A DNA stretch of 64,000 bases. Origin: Okamejei kenojei. Lineage: Eukaryota. The notes beneath the pieces were generated by a model. The model saw only the letters and a program-made list of their open reading frames with translations. It ran no database searches and had not been told where the DNA came from. Below, in pieces: positions 38,953 to 50,795 of the stretch. The position numbers and the translations under genes were made by a program. The stretch covers positions 28,396,001 to 28,460,000 of the forward strand of contig CM069131.1 of the NCBI GenBank assembly GCA_035221665.1, written 5' to 3'. The first letter of the stretch is position 1. Every line of letters starts with the position of its first letter.

Positions 38953-39969
38953 ATGAACTACAGTGTTAGTGTTATACTCTTGCTGCTGCTTGGAATTTGT
39001 GCAGCTTTGTCTATGGGTGAGGAAAATACCCTAGATCTTGTCATTTATAGTCTTTAAGCTTTATAGCTATAATTAGATTTTAGATTAATTCAGCCAGTTG
39101 AATGAACTATTGAAGTCAGTTCACCGAATGTTCACTTGGATAATATTAGATATGGATTATCTTATAATAAATGGTTGAAGCGGGTGGGTCTGTACTCATT
39201 GTAACTTAAAAAATGAGCGGTGATCACACTGAAACATAGAATCCTGAGGGGATTTGGCAGGTTCTGATTCAAAGACAGTGTGTGTTTTCCAGGTTGTTCT
39301 ATTTGATGTTCAGTCTTGCAGGTTACTATGTGTCCAGATGGAACTTGATGTGTCCTTCCTCGGTCTTAGAATAGGCCTTGTTATAACAGTGCAGAAGGCC
39401 AAAGAAGAGGCCACATTGTGAACACTGAGAGTAATAAAACTAATTATAAGGAATATATTTTTACAACATGTCATTTGTTTTACAGCGACTCATATAAATA
39501 ACAATGAAGGAGAACAATGTAAGTGCAGCACATATGAAAATGAAACCATCAAGGAGGGTAATATTTATCAAATTGAAATCTTCAAGGCGAACGAAAATTG
39601 CGAATACACGGAAATCAAGTAAGAATTGTTCATGCATTCAAATTTTCATGTTTATATTTCAATGGGTGGGATTCGTGATAATATGGACAAATTGTATGAA
39701 TTGCATTTTTATCTGCAGATCATCTGCCACAAGTGAAAGGAACAAACAAGAGAACTCTGACAAATATTTTTTAATTAAATGATGCTGCAATTTATGCCCC
39801 CCCCCCCACCCCCACCCCCTCAAAAAATCTAATAACTAGAAAGATTAAATGTCTGCATTTTTCTTTCAGAGCTCATCAGATGTTCCCACGTAAGACAGTT
39901 TGTTTGAGTGGGAAGACTCCCTGGGTGAAAACGCTTATTACTGACTTACTTAACAAAACTGCAAAGTAG
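38953..39969 (+). CDS. CXC chemokine (ELR-negative, CXCL8/IL-8-like fold), 98 aa; exons 38953-39016, 39486-39618, 39870-39969
   Basis: Spliced product MNYSVSVILLLLLGICAALSM-ATHINNNEGEQCKCSTYENETIKEGNIYQIEIFKANENCEYTEI-KAHQMFPRKTVCLSGKTPWVKTLITDLLNKTAK*; signal peptide, CxC..C..C, canonical GT-AG introns in phases 1 and 2. Confidence 0.92.
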
Positions 39970-40131
39970 GATACATTTTGAAGAGCTTCATTACCACAAT
40001 GGTATCCTGAGCTGACGAAACAGGTTTTTTTTTTTTGTTATAATATTTTTATTAGAAGTAATCCATCATAACAACGGTATAACAAGTTTTATACCTACAA
40101 ATGTTTTTATGGTGAAGTGATTTTAATTCTA

Positions 40132-40137
40132 AATAAA
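40132..40137 (+). terminator. Candidate polyadenylation signal of CXC gene 1
   Basis: First AATAAA ~160 nt after the stop; a second at ~40171. Confidence 0.5.
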
Positions 40138-41397
40138 AAGGATTGTATCTCTGATATGATTTAAGCATCAAATAAATGGCATTCTAAAATGTATTTGTCT
40201 GTCCTAAATATAATGCCAAATCTTCTATCTCTTCCATATAAGGGAAAGCCTTCAATATTAAATCATAGAATGAGGTTCACAGTAGATCATTCAGCCCAAA
40301 TGTCTTTGCTGGTTATGTAAAAGTGATATTCAAGTACTTTCACCTATAGCTCTTCAACTCCCAACCACCACCAAAACTCCACCACCATTTCAGGTATTTT
40401 CAAAGCCATGCAAATATCTCTGCTTTGAAAGTTCTTCCAACTAACTCTTTATTGAAAGTTACCATTAAATCTGCTTCCATTGCCTTTTAAGAGAGAAACT
40501 CCAGATTAACAGCTCTTTTCCTTGTGTTTCTTCTGCAAATTTCTCCACATCCGTGCCCTCTAGTCAATGATGCTTTTGCCACAAGCAACACTTTCATCTT
40601 AGTTTCTCCATTTTATATTTCATGATATACTGGATATTGGATATACAGCATGCTTCAAATCTCACCTTAACTCCACCTATGCCCTGTTAAATAATCCAAG
40701 CTTCTCCATTTTATCAATAAAATAGAGATTCCAAAAACATGGCTTCATTCTTGTAAATCAGCTCTGTGGGACTCTGATTTTGGATGTAATTTGGTGCCAT
40801 GAACAGGAAGGATTACATCAGCTAGAAACCTATGAAAGGTTTATCATAGTTCCTTGCTTTTTTTTATTCTATGATGAGATGGACAAAGCGCAGAATCCCT
40901 GTTTCCTTTTTTTAATGGCAGTCATTGGCACATAGGATGGAGGTGATTGAGCTTTCCTGATCTGATGACATTGTAAATCCAGGGGCACAGTACTATACCC
41001 CACTCCGCCTTTTCGCAGACACATCTTTCCAGCCACGGCTCCATTCTTTTCAGGGTCTCTATTATTCTTTCATTCTCCTTTTCTCTGTCGGTAACACAAG
41101 GAACATTACATTAGAGTAACCAGAGTAATGTTGATAAATGGTCTTTAGTTTAAGAGCATACTTCATATTATTTTAAGCAATAAGCAGCATGGCACAGCAA
41201 GAAATGTGTCTGTCGAGAGCTTGCTATATTATATTATGTGAAATTGTGTGCACTAAGTTTTGTTAATAAACTGCTTTGAATCATATAATCGTATCCTGGT
41301 CATCATTTTAAAGAGACACAGGGAGAATGATATGGAACACCAAAGCTAAGTTAAGTCAATTAGAATTATAGAGGTAAAGAACACAGAAATAGGCTGA

Positions 41398-41510
41398 ATG
41401 AGTCTGAAAATGGGTCTCGACCCCAAACATCACCTATTCTTTTCTCCAGAATTGCTGCCTGACCCAAAGAGTTGCTACAGCATTTTGTGTCTATCTTTGA
41501 CCGAAACAGG
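41398..41510 (+). mobile_element. Penelope terminal-repeat-derived short repeat
   Basis: AGTCTGAAAATGGGTCTCGACCC..GCTGCCTGACCC..CAGCATTTTGTGTCTATC, homologous to 49390-49490. Confidence 0.7.
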
Positions 41511-43689
41511 TAAATCAGCATACCATGTCCCTGATATCCAGTACTCATCTATATTAATGCCATTTACTAGTACTTTGTCTGTTACCTTCTATGCATTGGC
41601 AATACAAGTGCTCATCCAGAAGCTTCTATAATGTCGTGAGAAACCTATCCACACCACCCACCGTGGTAAAATGTGTTAAACATTTGTAACATCTTCTGTG
41701 TGACTACGATTTTCCTCAGCTTTGCTCTAACCGCTTATCTCTTACTCACAATTTACACTATCTTATCCCCGCCACAAGTCCAAGGTAGTGCAAGAAGTGG
41801 TCTTTATTCTGCTGCCGAGGTAGGATTAGAGTTGTTCAGATCAGTTCAAGAGCCTGACGATGTAAGAGAGTAATATTCCTGAACCTGGTGTTGCGGGACT
41901 TCAGGCTTCTGGACCTCCTGCCTGACAGTAGCAGCAATAAGAGGGCATGGCCGAGATGGCCGGGATCCTTGATGTTAGGCAACACCTCATGCAGATTACA
42001 CCTCTGTGGAATTGTGTTGGAGTATTTGGTGACGTGCCAGATCTCTTTAAACATTGAAAAAAGTAGGGTTGTTGGCACTTCATGATTCCATCTACGTGCT
42101 GGGCCCAGGACACGTTATCTGAGATATTAACACCCAGGAATTTGTGCAATGTCTCATAACTATCAGGATTCAATTCCATTTGAAATTCAATCTGATATGC
42201 TAGCACCAGCTATTCTGCTGACTTTAACTCTATGACAATCCATTGCCCAGCAAATATGACACACCTTGCTCTGAAAGATCAAGACTAATCTTGTATATTC
42301 CCTGGATGAGATATGTCAGTCTTCCAAGCTATTACAAGTGTTATTTTTAACAGATCCTTTATACTATTAATAGGAACATATAGCGCTGATGGAAAGTTGA
42401 GGACGAATGTGCCTCAGGCAGCTTGGTGACAGAACTTATAAAGTAAAACAGTCGGCTCGGTCTTTCCTTAAAATTGATTCATACCATTTAAAATTATGTT
42501 TCCAGTAACTTTTCAATCAATGAATTGCAGATCACAACCAGTTCATTTTATAACAAAATGTTTCCTCATGCTGCCTCACATTCTTTTCTCAGTGATCTGA
42601 TCATGTATGATTTTGACTTGTGGCAGAGATAGATAGATTCTTGATTAGTACGCATGTCAGGGGTTATGGGGAGAAGGCAGGAGAATGGAGTTGAGGGGGC
42701 AGAGATAGGCCAATTCTCGTAAACCTCTTCTGGACCCTCTCCAACACCAGCACATCTTTCTTCAGATATGCGGCCCAAAACTGTGCACAATAATCCACAG
42801 GCAGTCTGACCAGTACTTGATAAAGCCTCAGCATTGCATCCCTGTTTTTGTATTGTAATCCTCTTGAAATAAATGCTAACATTGCATTTGCCTTTCTTAC
42901 TACTGATTCTCCAATTCCTCAATATATCTAATGTATAAATCCAAGGATACCATCTATCCTTGTGCACCATTCCAAACTTGCCCTGCCAGAGACTTGTGTG
43001 TTCCCTCCTTCAGCCCTGCCTCCTACTGTAATGTCACTACTTCAGTTACAGTATGTTGCCCCTCTTCATACTCAAATAGTTCTCTTCACACTTCGGTCCA
43101 TGAGATTTCACGCACCATGAGTCTAACCATCCCAAACCAAGCTGTGATCCATCGTGATAAAATGTTTTCTTGTCATCACAATTCCCTTTAAGTATTACTG
43201 AATGTTTTTAAATTGTGAGAATTCTGCTCAATATAATGTCCCTACCATCGTTCACCAATGATAGAGTACAGATTGTGGTGGTGACCCCATGAGTTAGCAC
43301 TCAAACTGTTTTTTGATTTCACAACACAATTAGAACAGGTTGTTGCACAACATTTCACAACCTGTGTTCATGGGCCATCCCTTCTCATGAGTTTACCTCC
43401 ATCTTTAATATGTTTATTTGATTTCCATTGTCAAATCTTGCATCAAACCAGACTGTACATTGAATATTACTGTCCTCTCTCTTAGTTCACTCAGCGCTAC
43501 TATCTGGAAAAACCCAAAAAATATTTGTGAGTTGGTCCTATATTATTCCACATAATTAAGTGGAGAAAGAGCATGAAATTAGCTGTAATCCCGTCCCCAT
43601 TTACTTTGCATGCAGTAGGCTGGTTGATTAATCCTGGATCCACACAGTTTGCTTCACTGAAGCAATATCTTAATCTGTTCATCTTTCAA

Positions 43690-44035
43690 TAGCAATAGAC
43701 AATAGACAATAGGTGCAGGAGTAGGCCATTTGGCCCTTCGAGCCAGCACCGACATTCAATGTGATCATGGCTGATCATCCCAAATCAGTACCCTGTCCCT
43801 GCCTTCTCCCCATATCCTCTGACTCTGCTATTTTTAAGAGCCTTATCTAGCTCTCTCTTGAAAGCATCCAGAAAACTTGCCTCCACCGCCCTCTGAGGCA
43901 GAGAATTCCACAGACTCACCACTCTCTGTGAGAAAAAGTGTTTCCTCGTCTCCGTTCTAAATGGCTTACTCCTTATTCTTAAACTGTGGCCCCTGGTTCT
44001 GGACTCCCCCAACATCGGGGACATGTTTCCTGCCT
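43690..44035 (-). mobile_element. CR1/HER1-like 3' end
   Basis: PMLGESRTRGHSLRI..WNSLPQRAVEA; (CAATAGA)n tail; empty site at ~34736. Confidence 0.88.
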
Positions 44036-44124
44036 CAATGTTTATATCCGTGTGCAATTAGTGCTCCACTTAATAAGTTCTTAATTAGTGGTCAAAGCCC
44101 AGACCATCACACAATCCAACATCT

Positions 44125-44841
44125 GTCTTTCCTTTCTTTTTGTCCTGTTAGGTGTATGTTTTAGGTTTTATTTTATTTTTAGCTGTGTGTGTGGGGGGGG
44201 GAGGAATCTTTTTAATCTCTTCCCTGCACGTTGACTCGACCTTTTCCCTGTCGAGTCTCCGTTGTTGTTGGGGCCTAGCATCGTGGAGCCGGCGGCCTCC
44301 AACCGGAATCGACCTGGGGCTCCAGTCACAGAGCCTGTGGACTTACCATTGCGGAGCTGGCCAACTCCTTCGGAGCTTCGGAGGCTCCGGTTGCAGGCCC
44401 TGTGGGCGATAACATCGGGAGCTCGCGGGTCCCTGGTGGGAGACTGCTTTTCAGAGCTCCCGCAACGGCAACTTCTCCCGCCTGAATCGAGGGTTTTAAA
44501 TCGACCCGGAGCGGGGCCTTACATCGCCCGGCGCGGCTTAAATGGCAGCGAGACTTAACATCAAAAGCCTCGGTAAGCTCGATGCACGAGTTTGACTGCT
44601 TGACTACGGGAGATAAAGAACAGAGAACATAAGAGATAAGACTTTTGCCTTTCATCACAGTGAGGAGATGTTTGGAGATGCACTGTGGTGGATGTTTGTG
44701 TGGAATTGTGTTAATTGTGTGTTTTGGTTTTTTGCTGTTATGACTGCAGGAACGTAATTTTGTTTGAACCTTGTATGTTTAAATGACAATAAATGGCATT
44801 CTATTCTATTCTATTCTATTCTATTCTATTCTATTCTATTC
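44125..44841 (+). mobile_element. GC-rich non-LTR/SINE-like element with AATAAA and an (ATTCT)n tail; related inverted copy ~61700-62335, fragment ~62960-63150
   Basis: Shared GGGAGCTCGC.GGTCCCTGGTGGGAGAC and TTTGCCTTYCATCACAGTGAG blocks; microsatellite tail 44798-44841. Confidence 0.6.
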
Positions 44842-46012
44842 TTCCCACACTCCAAAGATGTACAGGTTTGCAGGTTAATTGGCTTGGTATAAATGTAAAT
44901 TGTCCCTGATGTGTGTAGGATAGCATTAATGTGTGGGAATCGCTGGTCGGTGCAGACTCGATGGGCAGAAGGACCTGTTTCCGCGCTGTATCTCTAAACT
45001 AAACCAAACTAAAGTTAAGAATAAGTTAAGTGTTTTTTGGATAGGCACATGGATATACAGGAAGTGGGAGGACATAGATCGTGTACAGGCAGAGGAGATT
45101 GGTTTAATTTAGCATCCGGTTTGGCATGGACATTGTGGGCCTGTTCCAGTGTTGTACTTTTCTATGTTCCCTCCTTGTATTTCACAGCAATAGTTTATCT
45201 TTGCCAATTTTATCCGTCACACAATTTTTCTCTATAACTTCCTCCGTTTCGCCTCCTTTTAATTTTTCCTTAACATTCATCTGTTCAGCTAACTTTTCTA
45301 TGACCCTTCCTAAATTTATCTTATCATTGTTGTAATCTGACTGTGCTCTTATGAAATACTTTGGCACACTTTTCTCCATTACAGACTCAAGCTATTATTA
45401 GAATATTTCTGCCATTTTCCTTAAATTTGGAAACTAATTGTATTGCTTTTGAGGCAAGAAAAATGATAAAATCTGCCTAAAAGTTCTGTAGCAAGATTCT
45501 CACATGGAATGTCTTCATTATATTAGTCAGCAATCAATTCTATCAGGATATGCAAAATGACAGGTGAATAGGTTTAAAGACCTGTTATTTCCTGTTTGTA
45601 ACCACTGGAAATCTTATTCTAGATTACATTTCGACATACAGTTATTATGGTAAAACCTTCACACCTGCCATAAGTCAGAATGAACATTTCACACATTTCA
45701 CTGTACCAATTGGTACATGGGACAAATAAATGTATCTTGAATGAAAGGACATAGGGTGACATAAATATAGTGAGGGGCAGTATAAAACTACAAAGCAGAA
45801 AACAGATGTGTGGGTAGTTAACTTCCCAATGAGAAATAGCATAAATTCTGAGTTATTGAGGTACAAAATAACTCATCAACAAATGACTGAAAACGTCAAG
45901 TCTATTCAAAACTAACCTTTTGAATAAAGGCATTGTCTACTGTAACTTAAAACTATCCCTAACCTTTTCCAAATCCCTCACCTATTGTGGTAGGTTTGTT
46001 GATCTGATTTTA

Positions 46013-46395
46013 AAGCCCTGTCCCACAGTACAAGTTCATTCCAAGAGTTCTCCCGAGTTTGCCCTGATTTGAACTCGGAGATTTACGGTAATGGCCACTC
46101 GTCGGTACTCAGTGCGCTCGTGGACATTTTTCAACATGTTGAAAAATCTTCACGAGTCTTCCCGTGCTTACCTGCCGTTAGCGAGTCTTCCTGAGTATCT
46201 GCCGTTAGCGTTATGAGCCGCTCAGAGACATCCCCGAGCTCCACGTCCCCGAGCTCCGACATACCCGCTACGTTCATTCTCCGTGCTTACCACGAGTTAC
46301 CATGACAATAAACTCACTTGAACTTGAACTTGAGTTTGATTTTTTTTTAACTCGGGAGAGCTCTTGGAATGAACTCGTACCGTGGGACAGGGCTA
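46013..46395. mobile_element. PIF/Harbinger-type MITE
   Basis: ~46-bp TIRs AGCCCTGTCCCAC.GTAC.AGTTCATTCCAAGAG.TCTCCCGAGTT; TTA on both flanks. Confidence 0.8.
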
Positions 46396-47548
46396 TTAGA
46401 TATTAAAGTTCATCTCAAAACTTTACTCATAGATATATATTTTATGGCATATTCGCTATTCTAACGGACAAGATCATCTGAATTAACATTCAGCTGCTAC
46501 GCACCATGTTACATGCAACGCCTTACTGATGCTACTGAGTTTCATAGAACCTACACACCATCTGACGAATCCTTCTTTGCAGTGGTCTCATCTGCACAAG
46601 GAAAGTCACACGACCGGCCCTTGCATGGCCATTAATGTTAACATTAAAGTCATCATCTCACTCTCACATTCTGCGCACCCCAATGTACAGCAGTTTTCCA
46701 AGTCTAGAGTTAGTTGGAAGGTACTTTGTGGTCTCGCAGAATCAGTTGTTTTAACTGACTTCCAACACCAGACCACGTACTCTGCAACTTGCAGTACAGC
46801 ATGTGGTAGATATCCCACTTTATAATTAAAAACACAAAATACAGGATTAACTCAGTTGGTCAGGCAGCATCTCCAGAGAACATGGATAGGTGACATTTCA
46901 GATCAGGACCCTTCTTTAACCTGCCAATTATAGAGTCAGCATTTGCCAACATCTGGGAGGTGGTTATAGTTATAGAGTCATAGAGTCATACAGCGTGGAA
47001 AGATGCTCCGGCCCCACTCGCCCACACCGACCAATATGGTATAAGGTAGAAAGAAGAGGAAGAGGAGGCGCAGGAACAGTAGGAGGTGAGGAGAAGGAGG
47101 AGATGGAAGAAGATGATATTGGGAGCCCCATTTTTTTGTTGGAATGTCATGAACATATTGATAACATCCCAAGGTGGCTTGAAATGGTGGATGCGAAAGG
47201 ACGTTTCATTTTGTATGAGAATCTCTAATTAGGGGACACTGTTAAAAAAAAAAAGGAGTCATTCATTTAAGATGGGGTTGAGGCAGCTTGAGGCACTTTT
47301 TCTCTATCACGGATAAAGTGTTTTTCCAACGTCTTCCTGAAAGGGAAGTAGAAACAGCAACCTTGAATATTTTTAATTCAGAGGTAGAAACTATTTTGAT
47401 GAGCAAGGGGGTGAAAGATTAGCTGGCTGGCAGGAATTCAGATTGAGGTTGCAATATTTTTGAATGGCAGAACAGGCTGAAAGTGCCAGGTAGCCCACTC
47501 TTGCTCCTACTTGGTTTGTATATTGACATGTTCCTATCTTGTTTTAAG

Positions 47549-47665
47549 TGAGAAAATGCTTGAATTGAATTGCAAACATGAAGACAATGAGGCCTCAAAA
47601 TACAGGCATCATTCAGTACTGGACTTATGTGACAAGTGACATATGCCCCAACAAGTTTGAAACAG
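47549..47665 (+). pseudogene. Possible decayed CXC chemokine exon 2
   Basis: Restoring a 2-nt deletion gives ELNCK(C)MKTMRPQNTGIIQYWTYVTSDICPNKFETV; the acceptor phase does not fit. Confidence 0.3.
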
Positions 47666-47877
47666 TGGAGACACAAGAAACTGCAGATAATGGAATCTTG
47701 AGCAAAACACAAAGTGCTGGAGAAGCTCAGACTAAAGAAGGGTCCCGACCCAAACATCATCTTTCCATTCCCTCCACAAATGCTGCCTGACCTTCTGAGT
47801 TCCTCCAGCACTTTGTGTTTTGCCCATATTCGAGACAGTACTTTATTTGTAGACAAAAAGATGCAGGTACACGTATT

Positions 47878-48040
47878 GGGTTAGATGTAGCTCTTAGGGC
47901 TAAAGGAATCAAGATATATGCGCAAAAAAGCAGGAACGGAGTACTGAATTTAGATGATCAGCCATGATCATATTGAATGGTGGTGCTGGCTAGAAGGACC
48001 AAATGGCCTACTCCTGCACCTATATTCCTGTTTCTATGTT
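47878..48040 (+). mobile_element. CR1/HER1-like 3' end, short
   Basis: GATGATCAGCCATGATCATATTGAATGG..CCTACTCCTGCACCT..TTTCTATG. Confidence 0.8.
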
Positions 48041-48384
48041 ACTGTTGCTCTTTGCTGGTGTTGTTTATGGCAGATCATCGTACTATAAGCTGCTTAAGCT
48101 GTTTGTGGGCCTGACCGTCTACCTTAATTAATACATTTTACTTTTTCAATTTAGTCATCATTTTGCAATATTATTTAATTTATTTTTAACTTTTTAGAGG
48201 TACATACATGTGCATACTGTCACATCAAGTCCTCGTTGGAGACAATACTCGTTTCTTACAAGAAGTAATGCCACTAACATTCTTTGACATTCAACGGCAT
48301 TAACTTTCATGAAGTCATGAAAGCAATATTGTAGGAGTCACCGTTGGTCTGAAACTGAAACAAGACATGTATATAATTATTGTA

Positions 48385-48897
48385 GACATCTACTATAAAT
48401 CCGCTGACTCCCATGGCTATCTGGACTACACTTCCCACCCTGTTTCCTGAAAGGACTCCATCCCCTACTCCCAATTCCTCCTACGCCGCATCTGCACCCA
48501 GGTTGAGGTGTTCCAAACCAGGGCATTGGAGATGTCCTCATTCTTTAGGGAACGGGGGTTCCCCTCTTCTACTATAGATGAGGCTCTCACCAGGGTCTCT
48601 TCTGTACCCCGTAACTCTGCTCTCACTCCCCATCCCCCCACTCGTAACAAGGGCAGAGTCTCCCTTGTCTTCACCTTCCACCCTACTAGCCATCACATAC
48701 AACAAATAATCCTCCGACATTATTGCCACCTCCAACGGGATCCCACCACTCGTCCCATCTTCCCATCTCCTCCCCTTTCGGCTTTCCGCAGAGACTGCTC
48801 CCTCCCTAACTCCGTCAATTCGTCCCTTCCCACCCTTCCCGCCCCCTCTCCTGGCACTTTCCCTTGCAACCACAGGAAATGCTACACTTGTCGCTTT

Positions 48898-48930
<33 letters not shown>

Positions 48931-49521
48931 TGACTCCATCCAAGGATCCAAGCAGTCTTTCCAAGTGCAGCAGAGGTTCACCTGCACCTCATCCAATCTC
49001 ATCTATTGCATCCGCTTCTCTAGGTGTCAGCTGCTCCTCATCGGTGAGACCAAGCGTAGGCTTGGCGATCGCTTCGCCCAATACCTCCGCTCGGTTCACA
49101 ATAACCAACCTGATTTCCCGGTGGCTCAGCACTTCAACTCCCCCTCCCATTCCGAATCCGACCTTTCTGTCCTGGGCCTCCTCCATGGCCAGAGTGAGGC
49201 CCACTGTAAATTGCAGGAGCAGCACCTCATATTTCGCTTGGGTAGTTTACACACCAGCGGTATGAACATTGACCTCCAATTTTAGGTAGTCCCTACTTTC
49301 TCCTTCATTCCCCCTCCCCTTCCCAGCTCTCCCACAGCCCACTGTCTCCACTTCTTCCTTTCTTCTTCCCATCCCCCCACCCCAACATCAGTCTGAAGAA
49401 GGGTCTCGACCCGAAACGTTGCCTATTTCCTTCGCTGCATAGATGCTGCCTCGCCCACTGAGTTTCTCCAGCATTTTTGTCTACCTTCAATTTTCCATGA
49501 TTTGCAGTTCCTTCTAAAACA
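48385..49521 (+). mobile_element. Penelope-like element, 5'-truncated (RT C-terminus, GIY-YIG endonuclease, terminal repeat)
   Basis: SIPYSQFL.LRRIC, FTCTSSNLIYCI..IGETKRRLGDRF..HFN; 15-bp TSD TATATAATTATTGTA at 48370-48384 and 49522-49536. Confidence 0.92.
49393..49420 (+). ncRNA. Minimal hammerhead-ribozyme-like core in the Penelope terminal repeat
   Basis: CTGAAGA-A-GGGTC-TC-GACCC-GAAAC-GTT; stem I is weak. Confidence 0.55.
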
Positions 49522-50100
49522 TATATAATTATTGTAATTACAATGGTCAGTCAAAGGCTGTGTATTATGTGACACTGATTTAAACTAACTTGCCTAGCCT
49601 TCCACCATCTACGTTATATAAGTCAGGGATGGCATGCGTTTGTCAGCACGAGTGCAGTTTCAACAACACAAGAACATTGGCATCACTGACTAAAGCCAGA
49701 TTAAATGCACCCCATTCATCCACCTAAAGGTAGCCCCCACTATAACACTCACAAAGGAGCATCTTCTTCTTATCGAGTCCACACACAAGATTAGATGTTG
49801 TTCAGCCAGAGCTGAACCCACTTCTCAGCATCTGCGTACAATGGTGTCTGTCTTGCGCTTCTTGTGCTTCTTGTGTGTGTGGTGGAAAGATTGGTGGAAA
49901 CAGGACCGCGACGTGAACGCTCTTTCCTTGACCCCATAAAGGGGCTAAATTATATAATACCTGCAAAATGCACATCAACAACTTGCCTTGACAATTTCTA
50001 TCTCCTGGCCTCCACACACTATTCCACTCCAGAAAGTGTAGGTTTATCTGCCCCCAGGATATATCAACCCCTTCCCTCCCAACCCAGCAGCAGACAATTC

Positions 50101-50303
50101 AAGGTAGACAAAAGGGCCGGAGAAACTCAGCGGGTGCGGCAGCATCTATGGAGCGAAAGAAATAGGCAACGTTTTGGGCCGAAACCCTTCTTCCGAAACG
50201 TTGCCTATTTCCTTCGCTCCATAGACGCTGCAGCACCCGCTGAGTTTCTCCAGCACTTTTGTCTACCTTCGATTTTCCAGCATCTGCAGTTCCTTCTTAA
50301 ACA
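50101..50303. repeat. Palindromic dimer of the Penelope terminal repeat
   Basis: Arms ~50101-50173 and ~50196-50270 are near reverse complements. Confidence 0.85.
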
Positions 50304-50795
50304 GCAGAGAATTCAATCTTTCCTTGTGAACATTCCCCGCTGGCTGGAAAATTTATCCTTGCCTTGTGGCGTGATTCTTTAAAGGAAGTCAGAGGTGTAA
50401 GGATATATGGCAGAAGCACGAGGTTTGTGAAATGACACCTTGTCTGCATGAAGAAGCACAGCAGCATTTCATAAGGGAAATCATCCCATAGTTTTCATGC
50501 AGGCACCAATAAACGCACTCCTGTCGGAAATGTTCAAAGCCGTTTCACAGAGATCGCTAATATTGATTTAACACTAAAAAATATTGTTGCAAATTCATTT
50601 CTAAGCTATAATTTTTACCATTACTTTTCTTTTATTTAAAACCCAGTAAATGTCTTCAATAGATTTATTTTTAGTTTCCTCATATCCCTATTGTGAGGAT
50701 TCAAGCAATATTTTTAACTACTCTGCGGTTTTCTGATTTGCATTTAAAAGGTCCCTTGGAGGGCTCTATATTTCTTCAGCCACCCGCTCAATATA

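Larger units (their letters stand above)
41477..45085 (+). repeat. Older paralog of the tandem unit, with deletions and its own insertions
   Basis: Colinear blocks matching 16927-18175, 18988-19460, 20455-21023 and 34720-35650. Confidence 0.85.
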
